The position numbers and the translations under genes are program-made. A DNA stretch of 36,644 bases from positions 1-36,644 of the forward strand of contig JBDTKT010000225.1 of the NCBI GenBank assembly GCA_039935195.1. Direction: 5' to 3'. Origin of the DNA: Mycobacterium sp. GTDB taxonomy: Bacteria; Actinomycetota; Actinomycetes; Mycobacteriales; Mycobacteriaceae. Below are positions 1 to 9,820 of this stretch, in pieces. Each line of letters begins with the position of its first letter. The first letter of the stretch is position 1. A model generated the notes under the pieces. The model was not told the DNA's origin. It did no database searches and saw only the letters and a program-made list of their open reading frames with translations.

Positions 1-226
1 GCTCCAGCTCATGTCCCCGTCGCAACCAGCCGTGGCCGTCGCACGCCGGATCGTCGACGATCAGCACCGCGTTGAGGAACCGCCCCTGGTCGACGCCACC
101 CCACGCCTCGGTCTCGTACACCCCGGAAACGGCCCGCACCGCGTCGCCGAGTCCGTCCACCGCCGATTGCAGCCGGGTGAGTCGATCGCCCAGGTTGGAC
201 CCGATTGACAGCACCGCCCGCGTCAC
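1..226 (-). CDS. folK: 2-amino-4-hydroxy-6-hydroxymethyldihydropteridine diphosphokinase (HPPK), 5' part; runs off the window
   Basis: Manual translation from GTG at 226 gives [16 protein letters not shown], the HPPK N-terminal motif. Overlaps the folB stop (GTGA). Not in the ORF track because it is truncated. Confidence 0.93.
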   Translation of the reverse strand, partial: MTRAVLSIGSNLGDRLTRLQSAVDGLGDAVRAVSGVYETEAWGGVDQGRFLNAVLIVDDPACDGHGWLRRGHELE

Positions 227-636
227 AGTGGCACTTCCGGTTGGGCCGCGGCCGGGATCACCACGCCGCGGCGGTCCCGGCGTGACCGCCGCGCCACCAC
301 CGCCACATCGGCGAAGGTCAGCGGGATCGGGGCGTGCGGCTTGTGCACCGTGACCTCCACCGCCAGCACCCGCTGGTCGGTCATCACTTCCTCGGCGATC
401 TCAGCGGCGACGGTTTCGATGAGGTCTCGAGGCGCTCCAGCGATGACAGCGGCGGCGCGCTGAGCCAGCACGCCGTAGTCGTAGGTGTCCGACAGGGCGT
501 CGGAGGTCGCCGCGGCGGCCAGGTCCATCCAGACCGTGATGTCGACGACGAAGTCCTGCCCGTCGGCGCGCTCATGGGCGAACACACCGTGGTTGCCCCG
601 AACCTTCAGACCGCGCAACTCGATCCGGTCAGTCAT
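223..636 (-). CDS. folB: dihydroneopterin aldolase
   Basis: [29 protein letters not shown]...YDY...LIETVA...HKPHAPI; fol operon position. Start taken at ATG 636. Confidence 0.95.
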   Translation of the reverse strand: MTDRIELRGLKVRGNHGVFAHERADGQDFVVDITVWMDLAAAATSDALSDTYDYGVLAQRAAAVIAGAPRDLIETVAAEIAEEVMTDQRVLAVEVTVHKPHAPIPLTFADVAVVARRSRRDRRGVVIPAAAQPEVPL

Positions 637-1465
637 CCGCCGTCCTTCCTTCGGTCCAGGCCTCGACGACCTTGAATGCGTCAACCGAGGCTGACACGTC
701 GTGCACCCGCACACCCCACGCTCCGTGCAGGCCCGCCAGCGCCGAAATCACCGCCGTCGCCGTCTCGCGACCGTCCGGCGGTCGCGGCACACCGTCGGGC
801 CCGGTCAGCAGCGTACCGAGAAACCGCTTGCGCGACGCCCCGACCAGCACAGGTATACCCGTGTCGACCAATCGCGGCAGCGCATGCAGCAGCGCCCAGT
901 TATGTTGCGCGGTCTTGGCGAACCCCAGTCCGGGATCGATGACCAGTTTCGCGGGGTCGACGCCGGCGGCGACCGCGCGCTCCACGCCCGCGACCAGGTC
1001 GGCACGCACCTCCGCGACCACGTCGCGGTACCGCGGTGCCCGATGCGGATGGCCGGGGTCCACCGGCCGCCAATGCATCAGCACCCACCGCGCGCCCGTC
1101 TCCGCCAGCAGCGATGCCATCGCAGGGTCGGCGCGCCCGCCGGACACGTCGTTGACGATCTGGGCGCCGCACGCCAGGGCGGCGCGGGCAACCCCGGCGT
1201 TCATGGTGTCAACACTGACCGTCACCCCTTGGGCGGCAAGTTCTTTGACCACCGGAACGACGCGCTGCGCCTCCAGTCGCGGATCCACCCGAACCGCGCC
1301 AGGGCGGGTCGATTCGCCTCCGACGTCAATGATCGCCGCACCCTGCGCGACCAGCGCCAACCCGCGCGCCACGGCGGGCTCGGTGCCCAGGTAGCGGCCG
1401 CCGTCCGAGAACGAGTCGGCGGTGACGTTCACCACCCCGACGACCTGCACGCGTGTCGGGCTCAC
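629..1465 (-). CDS. folP: dihydropteroate synthase
   Basis: [38 protein letters not shown] and RVHDV motifs. GTG start overlaps the folE stop. Confidence 0.96.
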   Translation of the reverse strand: MSPTRVQVVGVVNVTADSFSDGGRYLGTEPAVARGLALVAQGAAIIDVGGESTRPGAVRVDPRLEAQRVVPVVKELAAQGVTVSVDTMNAGVARAALACGAQIVNDVSGGRADPAMASLLAETGARWVLMHWRPVDPGHPHRAPRYRDVVAEVRADLVAGVERAVAAGVDPAKLVIDPGLGFAKTAQHNWALLHALPRLVDTGIPVLVGASRKRFLGTLLTGPDGVPRPPDGRETATAVISALAGLHGAWGVRVHDVSASVDAFKVVEAWTEGRTADD

Positions 1466-2106
1466 TTGCGCAGGATGAGTTCCAGTGCTTCGGCTCGGGA
1501 TGCATTGTCGGTTTTGAACTGACCCCGCACCGCCGAGGTGGTGGTGATCGCGCCGGGCTTGCGCACTCCGCGCATGGCCATACACAGGTGTTCGGCCTCG
1601 ATCACGACGATGACGCCGCGCGGGCTGAGCTTGCGCATCAATGCGTCGGCGACCTGGCCGGTGAGCCGTTCCTGCACCTGCGGGCGCTTGGCGTACAGGT
1701 CCACTACCCGGGCCAGCTTGGACAAGCCGGTGATCCGGCCGTCTTCACCGGGGAGGTAGCCGACGTGCGCCACCCCGTGGAACGACACCAGGTGGTGCTC
1801 GCAGGTCGAGTACAGCGGAATCTGCTTGAGCAGCACCAGTTCGTCGTACTGCTCGTCGAAAGTCGTCTCCAGCACCGTGTCCGGGTCGGTGTAGAGCCCG
1901 GCGAACATTTCCTGGTAGGCCCGAGCCACCCGCGACGGGGTGTCCACCAAACCGTGCCGGTCCGGGTCTTCGCCGACCGCGTACAGCAGCTCACGCACCG
2001 CCGCCTCGGCACGGCCCTGGTCGAAGACCGGAGTCCGCGGTGTCACCGCGCTGGAGTTCGGCTGCGCCGTTGAAGCCGTTGAAGCCGTTGAAGCCTCGGA
2101 AACCAT
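1462..2106 (-). CDS. folE: GTP cyclohydrolase I
   Basis: [22 protein letters not shown] and HLCMAMRG motifs. Start uncertain (ATG 2106 chosen; ORF extends to 2166). Confidence 0.95.
   Translation of the reverse strand: MVSEASTASTASTAQPNSSAVTPRTPVFDQGRAEAAVRELLYAVGEDPDRHGLVDTPSRVARAYQEMFAGLYTDPDTVLETTFDEQYDELVLLKQIPLYSTCEHHLVSFHGVAHVGYLPGEDGRITGLSKLARVVDLYAKRPQVQERLTGQVADALMRKLSPRGVIVVIEAEHLCMAMRGVRKPGAITTTSAVRGQFKTDNASRAEALELILRK
2066..2095. repeat. 9-bp tandem repeat (GCCGTTGAA)x3 in the folE 5' end, encoding ASTASTAST
   Basis: Read directly from the sequence; a further partial copy TTGAAGCC lies at 2106-2113. Confidence 0.85.
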
Positions 2107-2122
2107 TGAAGCCTTCGCTTTC

Positions 2123-4504
2123 TCAACCGCCGGACGGCGGTTTGGGTCTGTCCGGGACACCGTCATGCCGATCTTCGAGCTCCTCGACTGTCGGCGGACC
2201 GGGCGGTGCCGACTGCCCGGGAACCGGGTGCGGCTGATAGGGCGGGTAGGGCTGGGTCAGTTGCGGACCCGGGTAGTTCTGCGGCGGGTGCTGCCACTGC
2301 TGTGGTGCGTTCTGCGGCGGATACCAGTAGCCGGGCTGATGCGGCGGCGGAGGCGGCCACCCGGGAGCATGCCAGCCCGCCGGCGCGCCGTAGTCGGGTT
2401 GCATGGCACCCGGCCCGGACGCATCGCCACCGCTCCCCCCTGGTGAACCGTTGGTGTCGTTGAGGGTACCGCCGGAGGCCGCCGCGGCGGCCTCTGCCTC
2501 CCGGGTGGCCGCGACGATGGCCTGCTTGAACGCCGGTTCGGGCACCGGCTGCGGCCACGGCTCGCCCCGCTCGATCGCCAGCTCGCCCGGAGTCTTGATC
2601 GGCGGCCTGTCCGACGGGATCCGGCCGCCGAAGTCGTCGAACGCGGTGATCCTGGGCCGTTTCACGACGCCGGCGAGGATCCTCTCCAGCTCGGGACGGT
2701 GCAGGGTCTCTTTTTCCAGCAGTTCACCGGCCAGCGCATCGAGCACTTCGCGGTACTCGGTGAGGATCTCCCAGGCCTCGGTGTGCGCGGCCTCGATGAG
2801 GTTACGCACCTCTTCGTCGATCTCGCGGGCCACTTCGTGCGAGTAGTCCGGGGCGGAGCCCATCGTGCGGCCCAGGAACGGGTCGCCGTGCTCGGTGCCG
2901 TACCGGACCGCGCCCAGCTTGGCGCTCATGCCGTACTCGGTCACCATGGCGCGGGCTACCTTGGTGGCGTTCTCGATGTCGGAGACCGCGCCGGTGGTCG
3001 GCTCGCGGAACACCAACTCCTCCGCGGCGCGGCCGCCAATCGCCATCACCAGCCGGGCGATGAGCTCGGAGCGGGTGAGCAGCCCCTTGTCGTCCTCGGG
3101 CACCGCCAGCGCATGCCCGCCGGTGTTGCCCCGGGCCAGGATGGTGACCTTGTAGATCGGGTCCAGGTGCGGAATCGCCCAGCCGGCCAGCGTGTGCCCG
3201 GACTCGTGGTAGGCGGTGATCTTCTTTTCGTGTTCGCTGATGATCCGGCCCTTGCGGCGCGGGCCGCCGATCACCCGGTCGACCGCTTCCTCCAGCGCCG
3301 CGCTGGTGATCACAGTGCCGTTCTCTCGCGCGGTCAACAGCGCGGCCTCGTTGATGACGTTGGCCAGGTCGGCGCCGGACATGCCGGCCGTGCGCTTGGC
3401 CAACCCGTCCAGGTCGGCATCCGGGGCGACCGGCTTGCCCTTGGAGTGCACCCGCAGCACGGCACGGCGGCCCGCAATGTCGGGGCTGGTCACCGGGATC
3501 TGCCGGTCAAACCGACCGGGCCGCAGCAGGGCGGGGTCGAGGATGTCAGGCCGGTTGGTGGCCGCGATCAAGATCACACCGGCCCGGTCGCCGAAACCGT
3601 CCATCTCGACCAGCAGCTGGTTCAGCGTCTGCTCGCGCTCGTCGTGGCCGCCGCCCATCCCGGCACCACGCTGGCGGCCGACCGCGTCGATCTCGTCGAC
3701 GAACACGATGCACGGGCTGTTCTGCTTGGCCTGTTCGAACAGGTCGCGGACCCGCGAGGCGCCCACGCCAACGAACATCTCGACGAAGTCCGAGCCGGCG
3801 ATGGTGAAGAACGGAACCCCGGCCTCGCCCGCCACCGCGCGGGCCAGCAGTGTCTTGCCGGTACCGGGCGGGCCGTAGAGCAGCACGCCTTTAGGGATCT
3901 TGGCGCCCAGCGCCTGGTACCGCGACGGGTTCTGCAGGAAATCCTTGATCTCGTAGAGCTCTTCGACCGCCTCGTCGACACCGGCCACGTCGGCGAAGGT
4001 CGTCTTGGGCATGTTGTCCTTGCCCAGCTGTTTCGCCCGCGACTTGCCGAAGCCGAAACCCATCCGCGAGCCGCCCTGCATTCGGGAGAACATCACGAAC
4101 AGGCCGATCAGCAGCAGCATCGGCAGCATATAGATCACTATCGAACCGAGGACGCTGCCCTCGTTGACGACGGTGTTGATCTGGGTCTTCTTGCTGCTCA
4201 GCGCGGTGTAGAGCGGCACCGCGTACCCGGTCGGGTACTTGGTGATGATCTTTTCGGTCGTGGCGCCCTTGTCTTTACCGGTGCCGTCGGTGGCGAGGGG
4301 CTTCTTCAGGGTCAGCCGCAGCTGTTGCTCACGGTCGTCGATCTGGGCGCTCTTGACGTTGCCGCTGCTGATCTGCCCCACCGCAACGGAGGTGTCGACA
4401 GGCTTGTACTCGCGGGTGTCGTCGCCGAAATAGAAGAACGACCAACCGAGCAGCAGCACCACGGCGATAGCCGTCAGTGTGCGGATGACATTTTTGCGAT
4501 TCAT
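2123..4504 (-). CDS. ftsH: ATP-dependent zinc metalloprotease FtsH
   Basis: Starts MNRKNVIRT; two TM segments; Walker A GPPGTGKT, Walker [25 protein letters not shown] zinc motif, Pro/Gln-rich tail. Confidence 0.97.
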   Translation of the reverse strand: MNRKNVIRTLTAIAVVLLLGWSFFYFGDDTREYKPVDTSVAVGQISSGNVKSAQIDDREQQLRLTLKKPLATDGTGKDKGATTEKIITKYPTGYAVPLYTALSSKKTQINTVVNEGSVLGSIVIYMLPMLLLIGLFVMFSRMQGGSRMGFGFGKSRAKQLGKDNMPKTTFADVAGVDEAVEELYEIKDFLQNPSRYQALGAKIPKGVLLYGPPGTGKTLLARAVAGEAGVPFFTIAGSDFVEMFVGVGASRVRDLFEQAKQNSPCIVFVDEIDAVGRQRGAGMGGGHDEREQTLNQLLVEMDGFGDRAGVILIAATNRPDILDPALLRPGRFDRQIPVTSPDIAGRRAVLRVHSKGKPVAPDADLDGLAKRTAGMSGADLANVINEAALLTARENGTVITSAALEEAVDRVIGGPRRKGRIISEHEKKITAYHESGHTLAGWAIPHLDPIYKVTILARGNTGGHALAVPEDDKGLLTRSELIARLVMAIGGRAAEELVFREPTTGAVSDIENATKVARAMVTEYGMSAKLGAVRYGTEHGDPFLGRTMGSAPDYSHEVAREIDEEVRNLIEAAHTEAWEILTEYREVLDALAGELLEKETLHRPELERILAGVVKRPRITAFDDFGGRIPSDRPPIKTPGELAIERGEPWPQPVPEPAFKQAIVAATREAEAAAAASGGTLNDTNGSPGGSGGDASGPGAMQPDYGAPAGWHAPGWPPPPPHQPGYWYPPQNAPQQWQHPPQNYPGPQLTQPYPPYQPHPVPGQSAPPGPPTVEELEDRHDGVPDRPKPPSGG

Positions 4505-4603
4505 CAGACATCGGCCGCCGTCGGCCAAATCCTTCCAGTACACACAGCTGGGCAGGTTCAGGTTACCGCGACCGTCGCTGCGCAAAGCCCGGACCATGGC
4601 CCC

Positions 4604-4655
4604 GGGGAGTCGGGGAAGAGTCGGGAGAGAGTCGGGAGAGAGTCGGAGGAGAGTC
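4604..4655. repeat. 11-bp imperfect tandem repeat (GAGTCGGGAGA) x4.5 in the ftsH/ephA divergent intergenic region
   Basis: Units start at 4607, 4618, 4629, 4640 and (partial) 4651. Confidence 0.85.
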
Positions 4656-4700
4656 TGCAATCCCTGCTCCGCCCGGGCCGGGTTGTGCTTTGGTGTGACG

Positions 4701-5681
4701 GTGCCCACCTCGACACCGCCTCAGATCCAACGGCTCGTCGACACCAACGGCGTGCGGTTGCGGGTCACCGAAGCGGGTGATCGCGGCGCCCCGGTCGTGC
4801 TGCTCGCGCACGGGTTCCCGGAACTGGCCTACTCGTGGCGGCAGCAGATTTCGGTTCTTGCCGCCGCCGGCTTTCATGTGCTGGCCCCCGACCAACGCGG
4901 TTACGGGGGCTCGTCATGTCCCGAGCCGGTGATCGCCTACGACATCGCCGCACTCACCGCCGACCTGGTCGGCCTGCTCGACGACGTGGGCGCGCAACGT
5001 GCGGTCTGGATCGGCCACGACTGGGGTGCCCCGGTTGCCTGGGGTGCCGCGCAGTTGCACCCGGACCGGGTGGCGGGGGTGGTGGGGTTGAGCGTTCCGC
5101 CGGTGCCGCGCGCGCAGACGCCGCCGACGCAGGCGTTCCGCAAGATCTTCGGCGACAACTTCTTCTACATGCTCTATTTTCAGCAGCCCGGCGTCGCCGA
5201 CGCTGAACTCGGCGATGATCCCGCCCGGACCATGCGCCGGATGCTCGGCGGTCTGCGGCCGCCCGGGGATTCCGACGAGGCGACCCGGATGGTCGCACCC
5301 GGCCCGATGGGATTCATCGACCGACTCCCCGAACCAAACGGGCTGCCGGACTGGATCAGCCCCGCCGAATTCGATCATTACCTCAGCGAGTTCACCCGGA
5401 CCGGGTTCACCGGCGGGCTGAACTGGTACCGCAACCTCGACCGGAACTGGGAGATCATGGCCAACCCGGCGGCCGCCACCATCGGTGTGCCGGCGCTGTT
5501 CATCGGCGGCACCGCCGACCCGGTGCTGAAATTCACCCGCCGCGACCGGGCCGCCGAGGTGGTCACCGGCCCGTACCGCGAGGTGATGATCGACGGTGCG
5601 GGCCACTGGCTGCAGCAGGAACGGCCCGCTGAGGTCAACGCGGCGTTGCTGGAGTTTCTCTCCGGATTGCAGCTGCGATGA
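4701..5681 (+). CDS. ephA: alpha/beta-fold epoxide hydrolase (Rv3617-like)
   Basis: HGFPE, DQRGYG, GHDWGA nucleophile motif, GHWLQQE; synteny. Start is GTG 4701 or 4695. Confidence 0.9.
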   Translation: MPTSTPPQIQRLVDTNGVRLRVTEAGDRGAPVVLLAHGFPELAYSWRQQISVLAAAGFHVLAPDQRGYGGSSCPEPVIAYDIAALTADLVGLLDDVGAQRAVWIGHDWGAPVAWGAAQLHPDRVAGVVGLSVPPVPRAQTPPTQAFRKIFGDNFFYMLYFQQPGVADAELGDDPARTMRRMLGGLRPPGDSDEATRMVAPGPMGFIDRLPEPNGLPDWISPAEFDHYLSEFTRTGFTGGLNWYRNLDRNWEIMANPAAATIGVPALFIGGTADPVLKFTRRDRAAEVVTGPYREVMIDGAGHWLQQERPAEVNAALLEFLSGLQLR

Positions 5682-6877
5682 GCGCTCCGCTGCGGTTCGG
5701 AATGTTCATCACCCCGTTCCACGCACTCGGCCAATCACCCACCGTGGCTCTGGAATACGACCTGGACCGGGTGGTCGCGCTGGATCGACTGGGTTTCGAC
5801 GAGGCCTGGTTCGGCGAACACCATTCCGGCGGCTACGAGCTGATCGCCTGCCCCGAGGTGTTCATCGCGGCGGCGGCGGAACGGACCAAGCACATCCGGC
5901 TGGGCACCGGCGTGGTCTCACTGCCCTACCACCACCCGCTGATGGTGGCCGACCGCTGGGTGCTGCTGGATCACCTGACCCGCGGGCGGGTGATGTTCGG
6001 TGCCGGGCCGGGGGCGCTGCCCACCGACGCCCACATGATGGGGATCGATCCGGTCGAGCAACGCCGGATGATGCAGGAATCCCTGGAGGCGATCCTGGCG
6101 CTGTTCCGCGCCGCGCCCGGCGAGTTGGTGAACCGGCACTCGGACTGGTTCACCCTGCGCGACGCGGCGCTGCATATCCGGCCCTACACCTGGCCGTACC
6201 CGGAGATCTCCACGGCGGCAATGGTTTCCCCCTCCGGGCCGCGGCTCGCCGGGAAGCTCGGGACGTCACTGTTGTCGCTGTCGATGTCGGTGCCGGGCGG
6301 CTTCGCCGCCCTGGAGAATGCCTGGGAGGTCGTTCGCGAGCAGTCCGTCGCGGCCGGGCGCGACGAGCCGGACCGGGCCGGCTGGCGGGTGTTGAGCATG
6401 ATGCACATCGCCGACACCCGCGAACAGGCCATCGAGGACTGCACCTACGGGCTGCCGGATTTCGCGAACTATTTCGGCGCCGCCGGATTCGTCCCGCTGG
6501 CCAATGCCGTGGAGTCCGCAACGGGCGCACCGCAGTCGCCGCGGGAGTTCGTCGAGGCCTACGCCTCGGCCGGCAATTGCTGCATCGGCACCGTCGACGA
6601 CGCGATCGAGCACATCACCGGCCTCCTGGACCGCTCCGGCGGGTTCGGCACGCTGCTGCTGCTCGGCCACGACTGGGCAGCGCCGCAGGCCACCTACCAC
6701 TGTTATGAGTTGTTAGCCCGCAAGGTGATTCCGCACTTCCAGGGGCAACTCGAGGCTGCCCGGGCATCCCATGACTGGGCGAAGGGGATGCGCGACACCC
6801 TGTTCGGCCGCGCCGGTGAGGCGATCCGCAACGCGGTCAGCGAGCACACCCATCAAGGGCGCGACGGGTCGAACTGA
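5678..6877 (+). CDS. LLM-class flavin-dependent monooxygenase (Rv3618-like)
   Basis: RFGMFITPFH, GFDEAWFGEHH, IRLGTGVVSLPYHHP; ATGA overlap with ephA. Confidence 0.9.
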   Translation: MSAPLRFGMFITPFHALGQSPTVALEYDLDRVVALDRLGFDEAWFGEHHSGGYELIACPEVFIAAAAERTKHIRLGTGVVSLPYHHPLMVADRWVLLDHLTRGRVMFGAGPGALPTDAHMMGIDPVEQRRMMQESLEAILALFRAAPGELVNRHSDWFTLRDAALHIRPYTWPYPEISTAAMVSPSGPRLAGKLGTSLLSLSMSVPGGFAALENAWEVVREQSVAAGRDEPDRAGWRVLSMMHIADTREQAIEDCTYGLPDFANYFGAAGFVPLANAVESATGAPQSPREFVEAYASAGNCCIGTVDDAIEHITGLLDRSGGFGTLLLLGHDWAAPQATYHCYELLARKVIPHFQGQLEAARASHDWAKGMRDTLFGRAGEAIRNAVSEHTHQGRDGSN

Positions 6878-7893
6878 TGCGGGCAGCGGTGCTGCGCGAC
6901 GGACGAATGGTCTACCGGGACGACGTCGCCGAACCCAGGCCCGGCCCGGGCCAGGTGCTGGTCGAGGTGACCGCCTGCGGCATCTGCGGATCGGACCTGC
7001 ATTTCGCCGCACACGGCGATCAGGTGCTGGCGGCCATGAAGTCCATGCGGGGCACCCCGGCCGCCGGCACCACCGTCGACCTGGGCGCCGACATCTTCAT
7101 GGGCCATGAGTTCAGTGCCCGGGTGATCGAAGCCGGCCCCGGAACCGACACCTTCGCGGCGGGCACCCCGGTGACATCGCTGCCGGTGCTGTTGACCGCG
7201 GCCGGCCTGAAACCGATCGTCTACAGCAACAGCACACTGGGCGGCTACGCCGAGAAGATGCTGCTGTCAGCGCCACTGCTGCTTTCCATCCCCAACGGCC
7301 TGGACCCCCGGCACGCGGCGCTGACCGAACCGATGGCGGTGGGCCTGCACGCGGTCAACACATCGAACGCGCAACCCGGCACGACCGCGCTGGTGCTCGG
7401 CTGCGGCCCGATCGGCATCGCGATCATCGCCGCGTTACGTAGGAATGGCGTCAAAGACATTGTGGCCGCTGATTATTCGGCATTTCGGCGGGATCTGGCG
7501 GCAGCGATGGGCGCAGACCGGACCGTCGACCCGATGGCGGGTTCGCCGTTCGACACGGTCACGCCGGCGGTGATATTCGACGCGGTCGGGGTGCCGGGCA
7601 TCATCGACGACGTGCTGTGGCGGGCACCGACCGGCAGCCGACTGGTCGTTGCCGGGGTGTGCATGGAGCCCGACACCCTGCACCCATTCTTCGGGATCGC
7701 CAAGGAGATCAGTGTGCAGTTCGTCCTGGCCTACACCCCCGACGAGTTCGCGGCGTCACTGCGCGCGATCGCCGAAGGGGAGATCGACGTGGCGCCGATG
7801 ATCACCGGTGAGGTCGGAATGGATCGCGTGGACGCGGCGTTCGGCGAGCTGGCCGACCCCGACCGGCACGCCAAGATCCTGGTCATCCCGTAG
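6877..7893 (+). CDS. zinc-binding (MDR family) dehydrogenase
   Basis: CGICGSD and GHEF catalytic Zn ligands, GCGPIG Rossmann motif; TGATG coupling to the upstream gene. Confidence 0.9.
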   Translation: MRAAVLRDGRMVYRDDVAEPRPGPGQVLVEVTACGICGSDLHFAAHGDQVLAAMKSMRGTPAAGTTVDLGADIFMGHEFSARVIEAGPGTDTFAAGTPVTSLPVLLTAAGLKPIVYSNSTLGGYAEKMLLSAPLLLSIPNGLDPRHAALTEPMAVGLHAVNTSNAQPGTTALVLGCGPIGIAIIAALRRNGVKDIVAADYSAFRRDLAAAMGADRTVDPMAGSPFDTVTPAVIFDAVGVPGIIDDVLWRAPTGSRLVVAGVCMEPDTLHPFFGIAKEISVQFVLAYTPDEFAASLRAIAEGEIDVAPMITGEVGMDRVDAAFGELADPDRHAKILVIP

Positions 7894-7911
7894 GGCGGTG
7901 CCGGCGAGGCG

Positions 7912-8796
7912 TCAGCGTTTGGCCGACCCGGCCATGTCCTGCGGACTCGACGGAAAACCGCCCGCCGCCTGCATCTGAGCCGACCACGGGCCCACCACCC
8001 CGACGAGCTCGTCCAGGTCGTCACCGAGGGCGGCCACGATCGGCGCGCATCCCTCGTCAGTGGCCGTCTCGACGGCCGCGCGGGCCGCCCGGCCGTCGTC
8101 GGTGAGTGCACCGTCGCGGGTGAAGCCGCGTGCCGCCAGCCGCTCCTCGCCGGCCGTCAGCTCGTCGTCGCTCCAGGCTCGGCTGCGGATGTAGGTGCGC
8201 GGCGGAATCCCCAGGAACAGCTCGGTGATCAGGCCTATCTCCACCCCGTCGAATCCGGCGCCGGCCCAGGCATTGACGTGGACGTCACCCCGGTATTCAC
8301 GCAACCGGTCGGCCAACTGCCAGGCGTCGGAGAGCGGCTCGCCGATCAGGCCCTGCGCGACGACACCGGCGAACAGTGGCTTACCCGCCAACGACAGCCC
8401 ATCGGTGGCTCGCCACAGCAATTCCACGGCACGGTCCAGACCGTCGGGTGCGGGACCGAGGACACGGCGAAGCGCCGCCACCGCACCGTCGGCTCGCACC
8501 CGGCGGATCGTCGGGGCATCGGTCAGCCCCCAGCCGTAGCTGACCGCCGGCACCACCACGGCCGGGTTGAACACCCCGAACGCCGCGGCGACCACCTCAC
8601 CGGACACCTGACCCATCAGTGATCCACGGCTACAGAAATACGCCGGCCCGTCGGGCATCTCGAGGTCGCCGACCTTGCCGGGGCCGGGGCCGAATCCGAG
8701 CGCCGCATAACCGCGGTGACACTCCGGGGCGAAATACACCTGCGCCGCAAACGCTTCGATTGCGGTTGCCAATGCTCTCGACGCTGCTGCGGTCAT
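7912..8796 (-). CDS. conserved actinobacterial protein (SCO6745/EvbL-like)
   Basis: YFAPE, YFCSRGSLMG, AAFGVFNP, LREYRGDVH, E-x-x-TD motifs. Start taken at ATG 8796. Confidence 0.75.
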   Translation of the reverse strand: MTAAASRALATAIEAFAAQVYFAPECHRGYAALGFGPGPGKVGDLEMPDGPAYFCSRGSLMGQVSGEVVAAAFGVFNPAVVVPAVSYGWGLTDAPTIRRVRADGAVAALRRVLGPAPDGLDRAVELLWRATDGLSLAGKPLFAGVVAQGLIGEPLSDAWQLADRLREYRGDVHVNAWAGAGFDGVEIGLITELFLGIPPRTYIRSRAWSDDELTAGEERLAARGFTRDGALTDDGRAARAAVETATDEGCAPIVAALGDDLDELVGVVGPWSAQMQAAGGFPSSPQDMAGSAKR

Positions 8797-8905
8797 ACCT
8801 GAACTCCCTGTGCTGTCGTGGCCCACCTGTGATCCGTGGTGAAGCCAGTGTGCCGCACCCGCCTTTCCGACGGACCCGATGCCCCACTCCGCTAGGGTGC
8901 CAAGC

Positions 8906-9631
8906 ATGTCGACTGCACGCAGCGCCAGGATGCTTCTCCGCCGATCGGCCATGCTGGCCGTGGCCGGTTTCGCCGCCGTCGCGATGTCCGGGTGCGATGC
9001 CGCGCCGAGCGGTGGGGACCAACAGTCGCGCCAGGTGACCGTCATCGGTTCCGGTCAGGTCCAGGGCATTCCGGACACATTGACCGCCGACGCCGGCATC
9101 GAGTTCGTCGCGACCGACGTCACCAGCGCGATGAACCAGACCGGCGAGCGCCAGCAGGCGGTGATCGACGCGCTGATCGATGCCGGGGTGGACCGCAACG
9201 ACATCAGCACCACCCAGGTCAGCCTGCAACCGCAGTACGGTGCTTCCGACAACTCCATCACCGGATACCGGGCCGGCAACACCATCCGGGTCAAGGTCGA
9301 ACGGGAATCCGCCTCCCAGGTGCTGGCCGTAATCATTCGGGCCGGCGGCGACGCCACCCGCATCAACGGGGTGAGCTACTCCATCGAGGACGATTCGCAC
9401 CTGGTCCGCGACGCGCGGGAGCGGGCGTTCAACGACGCCAGAGACCGGGCCGAGCAGTACGCCGAGTTGTCCGGCCTGAGACTGGGCCGGGTCGTCTCGA
9501 TCTCAGAGGTCTCCAGCGGCGTCCCGCAGGTCGGCCCGATGCCGCGCAGGGCGATGGCCATGCCGATTCCGGTGGAACCCGGCGAGCAGACCGTGAGTTT
9601 TGAGATCACCGCGGTCTGGGAGCTGTCCTGA
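8906..9631 (+). CDS. lpqG: SIMPL/DUF541 domain lipoprotein (Rv3623-like)
   Basis: Lipobox AMSGC, VTVIGSGQV..PD, AFNDARDRAEQYAELSG, VEPGEQTV. TAGGGT 7 nt before ATG 8906 suggests a leaderless start. Confidence 0.85.
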   Translation: MSTARSARMLLRRSAMLAVAGFAAVAMSGCDAAPSGGDQQSRQVTVIGSGQVQGIPDTLTADAGIEFVATDVTSAMNQTGERQQAVIDALIDAGVDRNDISTTQVSLQPQYGASDNSITGYRAGNTIRVKVERESASQVLAVIIRAGGDATRINGVSYSIEDDSHLVRDARERAFNDARDRAEQYAELSGLRLGRVVSISEVSSGVPQVGPMPRRAMAMPIPVEPGEQTVSFEITAVWELS

Positions 9632-9797
9632 TTTTCGCGGTGCTGACCAAATCTCGACGGTACCGTCCGACCAAGCCGCGGAGCTGACGGCAGACAACCT
9701 GGGCCTGACGATCAATGGCACGGGCATCTTCGACGCCACCCAGGGCATTGTCGGCTACTTCACGTTCGAAGACTTGGCTCAGCAGGTCGGGGTGTAG
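9632..9797 (+). pseudogene. possible orphan 3' gene fragment of unknown origin
   Basis: Open frame with GC3-rich codons (..ELTADNLGLTINGTGIFDATQGIVGYFTFEDLAQQVGV*) but no start codon, between the lpqG stop and the IS end. Confidence 0.35.
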
Positions 9798-9820
9798 GCG
9801 GCACCCACATCTTGTCGGAC

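Noticed and set aside
2123-2520. Pro/Gln/Gly-rich repeats at the end of ftsH
   Set aside because: An ordinary low-complexity tail of mycobacterial FtsH.
4479-4700. N-terminal extensions of ephA (from 4479) and ftsH (from 4708) in the ORF track
   Set aside because: They overlap each other and run through the intergenic repeat; family similarity starts at 4701 and 4504.
2699-4780. 693-aa plus-strand ORF opposite ftsH
   Set aside because: Antisense shadow of a high-GC gene with no recognisable motifs. The same applies to 16214..17683, 23379..25229, 26966..28483 and 30799..32481.
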